Made by a program: the position numbers and the translations under genes. The notes beneath the pieces were generated by a model that searched no databases, was not told where the DNA came from, and was given only the letters and a program-made list of their open reading frames with translations. From the NCBI GenBank assembly GCA_016781225.1, contig JADDQT010000001.1, positions 10,537 to 49,656 of the forward strand: a DNA stretch of 39,120 nt. The letters are read 5' to 3'. This stretch comes from Actinomycetota bacterium. Its GTDB lineage: Bacteria > Actinomycetota > Acidimicrobiia > Acidimicrobiales > GCA-2861595. Below, in pieces: positions 1 through 10,627 of this stretch. Within the stretch, counting starts at the first letter, position 1. The number at the start of each line of letters is the position of its first letter.

Positions 1-555
1 TCGGGCTGCAACCTGGTGATGGGGATGGACCCGGCGTGGGCCCAGCTCCAGGTGGCTCGCGAGCGAGGCGGCGGGCCGTCCTACTGCCGCTCGGAGGCGG
101 CCCATCTCCCACTGGCATCGGGGGTGTTCGACGCGGTGGTGGCCTGCCTGGTGTTCGAGCACATCGACGCCGTCGACACCGCCATCGCCGAGGTGGCCCG
201 GGTCCTGGCACCGGGCGGGCGCTTCCTGTTCTTCTTGAACCACCCGCTCCTCCAGGCGCCCGGCAGCGGCTGGATCGACGACCACATCATCGACGAGCAG
301 TACTGGCGCATAGGCCCGTACCTGAAGGAGGACACGTCGCTCGAAGAGGTCGAGAAGGACGTCTTCCTGCCCTTCGTCCACCGTCCCCTGTCGCGCTACG
401 TGAACGCCATGGCTGCACACGGGCTCCTGGTCACCCGGATGGAGGAACCGGCGCCGCCCCCCGGCTTCCTGGCCCGCGCCGAGGAGTACCGGGACGCGGC
501 CACCATCCCGCGCTTGCTCTTCATGCGGGCCGAGAAGCAGCCAGGGCGCACTTGA
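1..555 (+). CDS. Class I SAM-dependent methyltransferase, 5' end cut by the window edge
   Basis: Frame 1 is open from base 1 to the TGA at 553-555. It contains a Methyltransf_11-like segment, FDAVVACLVFEHIDAVDTAIAEVARVLAPGGRFLFF. Confidence 0.7.
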   Translation, partial: SGCNLVMGMDPAWAQLQVARERGGGPSYCRSEAAHLPLASGVFDAVVACLVFEHIDAVDTAIAEVARVLAPGGRFLFFLNHPLLQAPGSGWIDDHIIDEQYWRIGPYLKEDTSLEEVEKDVFLPFVHRPLSRYVNAMAAHGLLVTRMEEPAPPPGFLARAEEYRDAATIPRLLFMRAEKQPGRT

Positions 556-584
556 CGCCCTCCTGGGTCTCAACTGCGCACCGA

Positions 585-1466
585 ATGGCGTCGGGGTGTG
601 ACAATTGGCCCGTGGCCGAGTATCTGATCATCACCGGGCTCTCGGGTGCGGGGCGCAGCACGGCTGCCGACACCCTGGAGGACCGGGGGTGGCTGGTGAT
701 CGACAACCTGCCCCCTGCACTGATACCCAAGGTCAGCGAGCTGGTGGCCCGTCCGGGCAGTGAGAAGGAGAAGGTGGTCCTCGTCAGCGGGCGGGGAGGA
801 GCCGAGTACGTGGAGGAGCTGACGGCCGCCATCGAGCAGCTGAGGCACGCCGGCAACCACGTGGGCGTCCTGTTCCTGGAGGCCGACGACGACGTGCTCG
901 TGAGACGCTTCAAGGGAACGCGGCGGCGCCACCCCGTCGCCGCGGGCAGCGTGGCCGAGGGCATCGCCCGGGAGAGGGACGTGCTGCAGGCGATCAAGCG
1001 CCAAGCCGACGTGGTGGTGGACACGAGCGAGCTGAACGTGCACCAGCTGCGGGACCGGGTGGTCGAGCTGTTCGAAGGGTCGGACCCAGCCGGAGGCATG
1101 CAGACGTCGGTGGTGTCCTTCGGTTACAAGCACGGCGTCCCGCTGGAGGCCGACCTCGTCCTCGACTGCCGCTTCCTTCCCAACCCCCACTGGGTCGACG
1201 AGCTGCGGCCCAAGACGGGACTCGACGCACCGGTGCGCGAATACGTGATGGCCCAGCCGGACACCAAGGACTTCCTGCATCGACTGGACGACCTGTTGGA
1301 GCTCGTGCTCCCCGGCTATGACAAGGAGGGCAAGTCGTATCTCACCATTGCCGTGGGGTGCACGGGCGGCCGCCACCGCTCCGTCGTGCTGGCTCAGGAG
1401 ATCGCCGACTTCATGCGAGCCCACGGCTTCGAGCCGAGCGTGCATCACAGGGACCTCTACCGGTGA
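585..1466 (+). CDS. rapZ: RNase adapter / nucleotide-binding protein RapZ (YvcJ family)
   Basis: ATG 585 is in frame with ORF 36..1466. A Walker A motif (ITGLSGAGRST) lies near the N-terminus and the C-terminal motif IAVGCTGGRHRSV is present. It precedes yvcK, the conserved synteny. Confidence 0.9.
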   Translation: MASGCDNWPVAEYLIITGLSGAGRSTAADTLEDRGWLVIDNLPPALIPKVSELVARPGSEKEKVVLVSGRGGAEYVEELTAAIEQLRHAGNHVGVLFLEADDDVLVRRFKGTRRRHPVAAGSVAEGIARERDVLQAIKRQADVVVDTSELNVHQLRDRVVELFEGSDPAGGMQTSVVSFGYKHGVPLEADLVLDCRFLPNPHWVDELRPKTGLDAPVREYVMAQPDTKDFLHRLDDLLELVLPGYDKEGKSYLTIAVGCTGGRHRSVVLAQEIADFMRAHGFEPSVHHRDLYR

Positions 1467-1482
1467 GCGGGCCGACGCCTGC

Positions 1483-3410
<1,928 letters not shown>

Positions 3411-3412
3411 AC

Positions 3413-4507
3413 ATGGAGATCCCCCAGCTGGAGGATCTCCCCGACCCGTCGGGCAAGAAGGTCCTCGTCAGAGCCGACTTCAACGTCCCCATCTCCGACG
3501 GTGAGGTGGGCGACGACATGCGCATCAAGGCCGCCCTCCCCACCATCGAGTGGCTGACGGAGCACGGGGCAGAGGTGACGGTGTGTACGCATCTGGGCAG
3601 GCCCAAGGGTGAGCCCAACGACGAGTACTCGCTGGACCCGGTCCGGGAGCGCCTGAAGGAGCTGGCGCCCGACGTGGAGCTCATGGAGAACCTTCGCTTC
3701 GACCCGGGCGAGGAGGACAACGACGAAGACTTCGTCGAGCGCCTCATCGAGGGCCAGGACCTCTACGTGAACGACGCCTTCGGTGCCTCACATCGCTCGC
3801 ACGCCTCCATAGTGGGGCCGCCCAAGCACCTTCCCAGCGCCGCCGGCCGGCTCCTCACCAAGGAGGTGGACAAGCTCGGTGGCCTCCTCGAGGACCCGGG
3901 ACGGCCCTTCGTGGCCATCCTGGGCGGCGCCAAGGTGAGCGACAAGATCGGCATCATCAAGGCTCTCCTGGACAAGGTCGACCGCCTCCTCATCGGGGGG
4001 GCCATGGCCTTCACCTTCCTGAAGGCCTCGGGCCACGACATCGGGGATTCCCTGGTCGAGGAGGACCAGATCGACGCGTGCAAGGAGCTGCTGGAGACGG
4101 AGAAGATCGTCATCCCCGTCGACAACGTGGCCTTGAACGAAGACGACGAGGTGGAGACCGTGGGCGAGGACATACCCGACGGCTCCAAGGGCATGGACAT
4201 CGGTCCCGATACCTGCGAGAAGTTCGCCGAGGAGATCAAGAAGGCGAAGACGGTGTTCTGGAACGGGCCCATGGGCGTGTTCGAGGACGAGCGCTTCGAG
4301 GCGGGCACGAAGGCGGTGGCCGAGGCGGTGGCCGAGGCCGAGGGCTTCACCGTGGTGGGCGGTGGCGACAGCGCCAGCGCGCTGGCCCAGTTCGGCTTGG
4401 ACGACCAGGTCGACCACCTGTCGACGGGCGGGGGGGCGTCGCTCGAGTTCCTGGAGCAGGGTGACCTTCCTGGGCTCGAGGCCCTTCGTGAGTCGGCGGG
4501 GAGCTGA
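3413..4507 (+). CDS. pgk: Phosphoglycerate kinase
   Basis: ATG 3413. Motifs VRADFNVP, ILGGAKVSDKIG and STGGGASLEFLE. Conserved gap-pgk-tpiA order. Confidence 0.95.
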   Translation: MEIPQLEDLPDPSGKKVLVRADFNVPISDGEVGDDMRIKAALPTIEWLTEHGAEVTVCTHLGRPKGEPNDEYSLDPVRERLKELAPDVELMENLRFDPGEEDNDEDFVERLIEGQDLYVNDAFGASHRSHASIVGPPKHLPSAAGRLLTKEVDKLGGLLEDPGRPFVAILGGAKVSDKIGIIKALLDKVDRLLIGGAMAFTFLKASGHDIGDSLVEEDQIDACKELLETEKIVIPVDNVALNEDDEVETVGEDIPDGSKGMDIGPDTCEKFAEEIKKAKTVFWNGPMGVFEDERFEAGTKAVAEAVAEAEGFTVVGGGDSASALAQFGLDDQVDHLSTGGGASLEFLEQGDLPGLEALRESAGS

Positions 4508-5301
4508 TGGCCGAGAACGGCGGGGGTCGCAAGCCGCTCATGAGCGGCAACTGGAAGATGAACCACAACCACCTGGAGGCCATCCAGGTCGTGCAGAAGC
4601 TGGCCATCAGGCTGGACGACAGGGTCCTCGACGCGGTGGACGTGTCGGTGCATCCGCCCTTCACGGGCCTGCGCTCGATCCAGACCCTGATAGAGGCCGA
4701 CAAGCTCCGCCTCGCCCTCGGCGCCCAGAACTGCCACTGGGAGGACTCCGGTGCCTACACCGGAGAGGTGAGCCCCACCATGCTGGCCAAGCTCAGCGTG
4801 ACCTACGTGGTAGTGGGCCACTCCGAGCGGCGGCAGCACTTCGACGAGACGGACGAAATGGTCAACAAGAAGGTCCGGGCTGTGCTGGCGACGGGGATGA
4901 CGCCCATCATGTGCGTCGGCGAGACGATGGAGGAGCGAGAGGCGGGAGACGCCCAGGACAAGGTGCAGGGCCAGGTCCGCGCCGGCCTCGAGGGGGTGTC
5001 CGACGAGCAGGTGGGCGCCATGGTGATCGCCTACGAGCCAGTCTGGGCCATAGGTACGGGCGAGACGGCTACCGCCGACGACGCTCAGGAGATGTGCGAG
5101 GCCATCCGGGTGCTGGTGGCCGAGACCAACGGCGACGATGCCGCCGAGGCGCTGCGCATCCAGTACGGGGGCTCGGTGAAGCCGGACAACACCGCGGAGC
5201 TGATGGACCAGCCCGACATCGACGGGGCGCTCGTGGGCGGCGGGAGCCTCGACCCGGACGACTTCTCCAAGATCGTGCGCTGCCAGGCGCCGTCGGACTG
5301 A
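4507..5301 (+). CDS. tpiA: Triosephosphate isomerase
   Basis: The ATG overlaps the pgk stop (TGATG). Motifs SGNWKMN, VGHSERR, AYEPVWAIGTG and YGGSVK. Confidence 0.95.
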   Translation: MAENGGGRKPLMSGNWKMNHNHLEAIQVVQKLAIRLDDRVLDAVDVSVHPPFTGLRSIQTLIEADKLRLALGAQNCHWEDSGAYTGEVSPTMLAKLSVTYVVVGHSERRQHFDETDEMVNKKVRAVLATGMTPIMCVGETMEEREAGDAQDKVQGQVRAGLEGVSDEQVGAMVIAYEPVWAIGTGETATADDAQEMCEAIRVLVAETNGDDAAEALRIQYGGSVKPDNTAELMDQPDIDGALVGGGSLDPDDFSKIVRCQAPSD

Positions 5302-5344
5302 CGACCGGCGTACCGCCAACACAGGCTGCTACCCTCGAATCGAC

Positions 5345-5575
5345 GTGCTGACCGCGCTCGTTGTGATCGTTCACGTTGTGGTGTCCCTGGTGCTGATCCT
5401 CCTGATCCTGCTCCACAGCGGCCGTGGGGGAGGGCTTTCGGACATGTTCGGAGGCGGCATGGGCAGCGCGGCGGCTGGCTCCACGGTCGTGGAGCGCAAC
5501 CTCGACCGCATCACGGTCTTCGCTGCAGTGGTGTTCGCCTTCACCACGGTGATCCTGGCCATTCGCCTGCAGTGA
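5345..5575 (+). CDS. secG: Preprotein translocase subunit SecG
   Basis: GTG start, 76 aa. Two hydrophobic helices flank a Gly-rich loop (GRGGGLSDMFGGGMGS). Conserved position after tpiA. Confidence 0.85.
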   Translation: MLTALVVIVHVVVSLVLILLILLHSGRGGGLSDMFGGGMGSAAAGSTVVERNLDRITVFAAVVFAFTTVILAIRLQ

Positions 5576-5576
5576 C

Positions 5577-5594
5577 CGCGCCGGTCATGGCGCG
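5577..5594 (+). terminator. Weak GC hairpin after secG (CGCGCC-GGTCAT-GGCGCG)
   Basis: 6-bp perfect stem and 6-nt loop, 2 nt after the secG stop. There is no U-tract. Confidence 0.25.
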
Positions 5595-5618
5595 AGGTGC
5601 CCTCTCTAGAGGTGGCCT

Positions 5619-7196
5619 GTGAGGCGGGCCCTCTGGGGCGTGCTGGCGCTGGGTGCCCTTCTGCTGCCGCCTTTGCCGCTCGGCGGCGAGCGCGAGGCAG
5701 CGCAGTCCCGGCGGCCCCAGCAGGTCGACCCGGGCAAGGTCCTGCGGATCGGCGTCACCCGCGTGCCAACGCTCGATCCGGCCCAGGCCCGCTCGGTGGA
5801 CCAGGCCCTGGTGGCCGACCAGCTGTTCGACTCGGTGACCGCCGTGGACTCCACGACCCTGCAACCGGTGCCCTCTCTGGCCGAACGCTGGACGGCCTCT
5901 GCGGACCAGAGGCAGTGGGACTTCGTGCTGCGGCCCGGAGCGGTGTTCTCCAACGGCCGGCCGATCACCGCCGAAGACGTGCGGTACACCTTGGAGCGCG
6001 TTGCTCGTCCCGGCTCGGGCTCGCCGGTGGCCGAGGTTCTCCAGCTCGTCAGCGGCTACGACCCCTTCCGCAAGAACGCCGCTCCGGGCCTGGCGGGCAT
6101 CACCGCCCCGGCGCCCAACGTGGTCCACATCAGCCTCGATCAGCCCTGGGCTCTCCTGCCCACGGCCTTGAGCAGCCCCCTGTTCGGCGTGGTGGCCAAG
6201 GAGTCGGCCGAGGCCGAAGGCCCCGGACCGACCATCACCGACGAGCCGGTGTCCAGTGGGCCGTTCCAGGTGGGGCGCCAGCGAGGGCAGACGCTGCCGC
6301 TCGTGCCCGCTCGCAACACGAGCACGAAGCTGGCGGGCATCGACGTCGTGCGCTTCGACGAGATCGGCCTGGCGTACCAGGCGTTCGAGAACGGCGACTT
6401 GGACTTCGTCCGGGTGCCCGCCGACGACATCACCGAGGCGGGCCGCCGCTACGGGCGCCAGGGGTTCCGGCCCTACCTGGCCGAGCTCTTCTACGGCTTC
6501 AACATGAAGAACCCCAAGTTCGCCGACGGACGGTTCCGGGAGGCCATCGTGCGCGGCATCAACCGCCGAGCCATCGTGACCGCGATCTACCAGGGCACGG
6601 TGCGACCCACGGACAGCACGGTGCTCGACGGGGTTGGCAGCAAGGAGTACGTATGTGAGCGCTGCGCTCACGACCCGGCGCGGTCCAGAGCTCTCGTGCA
6701 GGAGGTCTTCAAGGGAGGGCCGCCGCCACCGGTCGCCCTCGACTACGACGACGACGCCACTCAGGACGCCATCGCCAAGGCCATCCAGGCCAGCCTGGCG
6801 GAGGTGGGCATCAAGGTCGATCTGCGCCCGAAGGCGCCCCGCGACTACGACGGGTTCGCCGTCTCCAATGAGCCGGAGCTGTTCCGCCTGGGCTGGATCG
6901 CCAACTACCCGTCGCCCGACGCCATCCTCCCCCCGCTGTTCGGCACCGACTCGCTCGACAACCTCACCAACTTCAGCAACCCCGCCGTGGACGCCATGAT
7001 CAGGGCGGCCCGAGCCGAGGGCGACCCCGGCCGGAGAGCCCAGCTGTACCAGGACATCGAGCGCACGGTCATGGAGCAGCTGCCGGTCGTGCCCATCGCC
7101 CAGTTCAACGTCCACTCGGTGATCTCCAAGCGGGCCAAAGGCGTGAAGCTGAACAGCTACGGCGGCTTCGACGCCACCCAGGTTCGGGTCGGCTGA
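5619..7196 (+). CDS. ABC transporter substrate-binding protein, family 5 (peptide/nickel type)
   Basis: GTG 5619 follows AGAGGTGG. The N-terminus looks like a signal peptide (MRRALWGVLALGALLLPPLPLGG). SBP_bac_5-like segments: FSNGRPITAEDVRYTLERV, GFNMKNPKF. Confidence 0.85.
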   Translation: MRRALWGVLALGALLLPPLPLGGEREAAQSRRPQQVDPGKVLRIGVTRVPTLDPAQARSVDQALVADQLFDSVTAVDSTTLQPVPSLAERWTASADQRQWDFVLRPGAVFSNGRPITAEDVRYTLERVARPGSGSPVAEVLQLVSGYDPFRKNAAPGLAGITAPAPNVVHISLDQPWALLPTALSSPLFGVVAKESAEAEGPGPTITDEPVSSGPFQVGRQRGQTLPLVPARNTSTKLAGIDVVRFDEIGLAYQAFENGDLDFVRVPADDITEAGRRYGRQGFRPYLAELFYGFNMKNPKFADGRFREAIVRGINRRAIVTAIYQGTVRPTDSTVLDGVGSKEYVCERCAHDPARSRALVQEVFKGGPPPPVALDYDDDATQDAIAKAIQASLAEVGIKVDLRPKAPRDYDGFAVSNEPELFRLGWIANYPSPDAILPPLFGTDSLDNLTNFSNPAVDAMIRAARAEGDPGRRAQLYQDIERTVMEQLPVVPIAQFNVHSVISKRAKGVKLNSYGGFDATQVRVG

Positions 7197-7262
7197 GCGG
7201 CGGGTCCGCCGTCACCGGCAGGGTAGAGTCGCGGTCCTCCCGGCCGTCGAGGCCGGCGCTTC

Positions 7263-7346
7263 GTCGGAGTGGCGGAATAGGTAGACGCGCTAGCTTGAGG
7301 GGCTAGTGCCCGCAAGGGCGTGGGGGTTCAAGTCCCCCCTCCGACA
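7263..7346 (+). tRNA. tRNA-Leu, anticodon GAG, class II with long variable arm; no encoded CCA
   Basis: Hand fold:
- acceptor GTCGGAG/CTCCGAC plus discriminator A
- D arm GCG-GAATAGGTAGA-CGC
- anticodon stem CTAGC/GCTAG with loop TTGAGGG
- variable arm GCCC-GCAA-GGGC
- T arm GGGGG-TTCAAGT-CCCCC. Confidence 0.9.
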
Positions 7347-7462
7347 CTGGCGATACGGACACCTAGATCCGCAGTCGCCTCGACCACCTTCTCGTGCGGG
7401 TCGTACACGGCGCGGAGCCCGATCTCCTCGTAGAACGGGTGCGCAGCTTCGGATGGGTCACC
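7328..7462 (-). other. Out-of-frame (-1) conserved-looking integrase C-terminal segment, crossing the att core into the tRNA
   Basis: Reads GDPSEAAHPFYEEIGLRAVYDPHEKVVEATADLGVRIASVGGGT*. It joins the main frame at the G4 run (C-run 7461-7464 on the + strand). Confidence 0.55.
7336..7344 (+). other. attL core CCCCTCCGA (tRNA T-stem and acceptor 3' strand)
   Basis: This is the only segment shared exactly by the tRNA end, the inter-copy junction and the distal end. Confidence 0.7.
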
Positions 7463-8985
7463 CCGACCAGGCCGACCAGGCCACCGATCTCCTCGACCGC
7501 CTCGCGGATCTGCGCCTTGGTCATCCGGACCGCGTCGGCGTCCGCTGAGGCGGCTCGGAGCATCGCTTCTGCCTCCCGGCGCTCGCGCGTGACCTCGGCG
7601 ATCCACTGGCCGACGACCTTCGGGTCGGTGCCGCCGTCGAGAGCGACGCGGTAGCGCTCGAGCTTCCGGTCGCACTCCCGAATAGCTGCCTGTGCCTCGG
7701 CCCGAGCGGCGATTGACGCGTCAGTGTCAATGGCTTCGACCAGGGCGTCGCAGGTGGCATCGATGTTCTCCGGGTCGAAGATGGTCCCGAGCCAATCGTC
7801 GATGTGCGGCAGCAGATCGCGTTCGCGGAGATAGACCGCCTTCGGGTGGCGGAACTCACTCGCCGTCGCGTACTGCGCCGCATATAGGCAGCGGTAGTAC
7901 GGCTCGTCGTGGTGCCAACTGCCTTGAAGCCGCTTCCCGCACAGCCGGCAGCGAAGCCGGCCACGGAGCAGGTACGGCCGATCCGTACGCTTCGGGCGAC
8001 GCTCCTGCGGTCCACGCTTCGCCGCTTGCATCTTCACCTGGACGGCATCGAAGACCTCGCGTTCGATCAGCGGCTCGTGCGCCGGCTCGGCCGACCAGAT
8101 CCACTCGCTCTCACCGTTCCACCGCATCACCGTCCGGTGCCCCGCGCCGACGTCCTCGACGTCGACGAGTACCTCCTCACGCCGCTGCTTCGCCCAGACC
8201 TGGTAGCCGGTGTAGCGGGGATTCATGAGGATCGCCCGGACGGCGGACTTCCCCCATGCCCAGCCGTGACGGTGTGGGTTTCGCTCGCGGTCGTAGCCGC
8301 TCGGCGACGGAACACCTTCGGCGGTCAGCTGCTCGGCGATGGCGAGGTAGCCCACGCCGGCCAGGTACTCGTCGAAGATCCGTCGCACGACCGGCGCGGT
8401 GACCGGGTCGGGCTTGAGCTGATGCAGTCGCTTTCCGTCACTCGCCTTCTCTGGGTTCGGGTGCGGTCCGATGTCGCCCAGCCGGTAGCCGTACGGCGGC
8501 CGACCTCCGAGAAACCGCCCCTGCATCTCGGCCTGCGCGCTCATCGCCGTGCGAACGCGCGTCTTGATGCGTGACCGCTCGCCCTTGGACATGCCGCCGA
8601 AGAGCATCATCACCAGGTCGTGCGCCTCGGAGCCGGGATCGATGGCACCGCCAACCTCGGGAACCCAGACGGCGACGCCGTAGTGCGTGAAGACCGGGAA
8701 CGTGAGGCCGAACTGGTTGCCGTAGAAGGCCCGCTGCGGCTCGCCGATCACGACAGCCTCGAACCCGCGGGCACGCTGCGCGAGCGCGGCGAGCAGCGCC
8801 GACGCCTCCGGCCGGCGCTTCCAGGGCAGCGACCGGCTCTGTGCGACGTCGAAGAACTCTGCGACCACTGTCCCGCCGGCGGGCTCGATGAGCTGCCGGC
8901 TGCGGTGGAGCTGCCACTGCTTCGACGACTCGGGGTCCTGCTGGTCCTCGGTGCTCACCCGGCCGTAGAAGGCGAAGCGGATCAT
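7363..8985 (-). CDS. Large serine recombinase (integrase), copy 1; the 3' end is probably frameshifted
   Basis: Resolvase catalytic motif FAFYGRVSTEDQ, recombinase domain GGRPPYGYRL, zinc ribbon CRLCGKRLQG...YYRC. The last ~32 aa are Arg/Ser/Thr-rich and look out of frame. Confidence 0.85.
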   Translation of the reverse strand: MIRFAFYGRVSTEDQQDPESSKQWQLHRSRQLIEPAGGTVVAEFFDVAQSRSLPWKRRPEASALLAALAQRARGFEAVVIGEPQRAFYGNQFGLTFPVFTHYGVAVWVPEVGGAIDPGSEAHDLVMMLFGGMSKGERSRIKTRVRTAMSAQAEMQGRFLGGRPPYGYRLGDIGPHPNPEKASDGKRLHQLKPDPVTAPVVRRIFDEYLAGVGYLAIAEQLTAEGVPSPSGYDRERNPHRHGWAWGKSAVRAILMNPRYTGYQVWAKQRREEVLVDVEDVGAGHRTVMRWNGESEWIWSAEPAHEPLIEREVFDAVQVKMQAAKRGPQERRPKRTDRPYLLRGRLRCRLCGKRLQGSWHHDEPYYRCLYAAQYATASEFRHPKAVYLRERDLLPHIDDWLGTIFDPENIDATCDALVEAIDTDASIAARAEAQAAIRECDRKLERYRVALDGGTDPKVVGQWIAEVTRERREAEAMLRAASADADAVRMTKAQIREAVEEIGGLVGLVGVTHPKLRTRSTRRSGSAPCTTRTRRWSRRLRI

Positions 8986-9260
8986 CGGTTGGACCCTAGG
9001 CCGCGTCCTCGGGCGGTAGCGGTGACCGCTGGTCGCACTGCCGGCGCTTGGCTTCTCGCACCATGGCGAGCAATACGGCGGCAGCCCGAGGGCTGATGCT
9101 CGGCGGTCGGGCAGGGGAGGGCTTGACGCGTTTGCAGACGGGCTGGGATCGGGACGGTTGACGTTGGTGTCTTGTCATGCCCTGACGGTGAAGTTCGCCC
9201 CTCAACGGAAACCTCAACGGAGCTCTCAACGATCGAGCTTCCGTCGCTTCCACTCCTTCA

Positions 9261-9488
9261 TCACCGGCCCCGGGCGGTCACCGATCTTGTTGAGCGCCCT
9301 CTGGCCACCGCCGCGAAGCGCTGATAAGCCGACTGACGGGTAATGCCGAAGGCGGCACCCACGTCGGCCCAGGTAGCGCCAGCGTCACGGGCGAGTGCGA
9401 CGTACTCGCCCGCCTGATGCTTCAGCTCCTTGGCTCGCTCGTCGGCCCCTCGGGCACGACGCAGCAGCTGGCTTACGAGTGCGCTCAT
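9261..9488 (-). CDS. Small HTH DNA-binding protein (75 aa), possible regulator or excision factor
   Basis: Internal ATG 9488 is preceded by GGGGAGA. HTH segment WADVGAAFGITRQSAYQRF. It is divergent from the 9629 gene. Confidence 0.6.
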   Translation of the reverse strand: MSALVSQLLRRARGADERAKELKHQAGEYVALARDAGATWADVGAAFGITRQSAYQRFAAVARGRSTRSVTARGR

Positions 9489-9628
9489 GGGATCTCCCCG
9501 CGTCAAGGACCAGGAGAGAGCCGCAGCCGGCTCCGAGCCGAGCATCAGTGTGCCAGGAAACCCGTCGCGAATCGGGCGTCTGGAGGCACGTAGATCGTCT
9601 AGGAGCCCTCGACCCGTGGAGGTGGACC

Positions 9629-10624
9629 ATGAGCGATCACGAGATTGGGCGGAGCAAGGCAGGGGACGACCGCAGGCTCAGCGACCAGGAGAAAAATCAG
9701 CGCCTCCGATCACTCCTCACGCCCCTCGTCAACGACCTCGTCCGCGCCACTCCGGCCCATCCGCACGACCCAACCCGCCGCGTTCATCAGCCCGGCCACG
9801 ATCCTTCGCCGACGCCCTCAACGCTCCCTTCATGCAACCACACAGACTTGCCGCTTCCGCAGAGCGGAAGCAGCGGAAGCAGTCCCACCGGCGAAGGAGG
9901 GCGGCAACAGCCGACCGCCGCCGACCTGATGGAGATCCTTGACCAGACGCTCGTCATGCCGGTTGCGCCGCCCCTCCGTGATCTCGAGCCCCAGGTCGTG
10001 GTGCGGTGGGTAGAGGCTGCGTCGGAGGCACTCCTGCATCGACGCGAACGCCGCCGCCTGGTGCGCGAAGTCCTACGCGTGCTCGATGAGGAGTGGGCGA
10101 CGGCCGAGGCAGCCAAGCGGCTGCGCGAGCAGATCGCCACGTGCGAAGCGGCGCGCCGCCGGCGCGAGGCGGGCACCTACTGGCAGCACCGCGAGGCAGG
10201 CCGCCGATCCCAGCGTCCGGTGCGCGTCGAGGTGGACAGCGAGGCCTGGCGCCGAGCGAAGGAGATCGCCAGGCAGCTCGCCGTCGGTCTGGGCGAGTAC
10301 GTCGGCCAGGTCGTCCGCGATCACCTGGCCACACCGCTCGACGAGGGCGCGATCGCCCGGCTCAGCCAGACGAGGCGCCGCCAGACCACCCGTGAGCGGA
10401 TCTACTTACGGATCGACGTCTCGAGCAGTGACTGGGATGACCTGGTCGCCCGCGCTCGAAACCGCCGCACAACTCTGCTCCGCTACCTCGGAGCGCTCGT
10501 CGAGGCCACCGTCTGGGAGGAGTGTGAGCTGCGCACAGACGGGCGACCCGTTGCCTCTGGCCCGTACGATCGAACGGATGGTTACCACCGGCTGCCCGGC
10601 CGCGACGCCGATGAGCAGGCGTAG
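9629..10624 (+). CDS. Hypothetical protein with a disordered N-terminus, a coiled coil and two tandem ribbon-helix-helix-like motifs
   Basis: ATG 9629 follows GGAGGTGG. RHH-like units: VRVEVDSEAWRRAKEIARQLAVGLGEYVGQVVRDHL and RIYLRIDVSSSDWDDLVARARNRRTTLLRYLGALVEA. Confidence 0.6.
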   Translation: MSDHEIGRSKAGDDRRLSDQEKNQRLRSLLTPLVNDLVRATPAHPHDPTRRVHQPGHDPSPTPSTLPSCNHTDLPLPQSGSSGSSPTGEGGRQQPTAADLMEILDQTLVMPVAPPLRDLEPQVVVRWVEAASEALLHRRERRRLVREVLRVLDEEWATAEAAKRLREQIATCEAARRRREAGTYWQHREAGRRSQRPVRVEVDSEAWRRAKEIARQLAVGLGEYVGQVVRDHLATPLDEGAIARLSQTRRRQTTRERIYLRIDVSSSDWDDLVARARNRRTTLLRYLGALVEATVWEECELRTDGRPVASGPYDRTDGYHRLPGRDADEQA

Positions 10625-10627
10625 CAC

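Noticed and set aside
7198-7214. A GC inverted repeat (CGGCGG-GT-CCGCCG) after the solute-binding protein stop, a possible terminator.
   Set aside because: The loop is only 2 nt and there is no U-tract, so the call is not convincing.
8996-9253. An 85-aa ORF on the minus strand between the small HTH gene and the integrase (also 22974..23231). It could be an excision/directionality factor.
   Set aside because: It has no recognisable motif or clear ribosome-binding site, and third-position GC is weak in its first half. It cannot be supported from sequence alone.
9853-9880. A hairpin (GCTTCCGC-AGA-GCGGAAGC) followed by a direct repeat AGCGGAAGC x2 (also 23831..23858).
   Set aside because: It lies inside the disordered N-terminal coding region, where it encodes PQSGSSGSS. 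The simplest explanation is low-complexity coding sequence.
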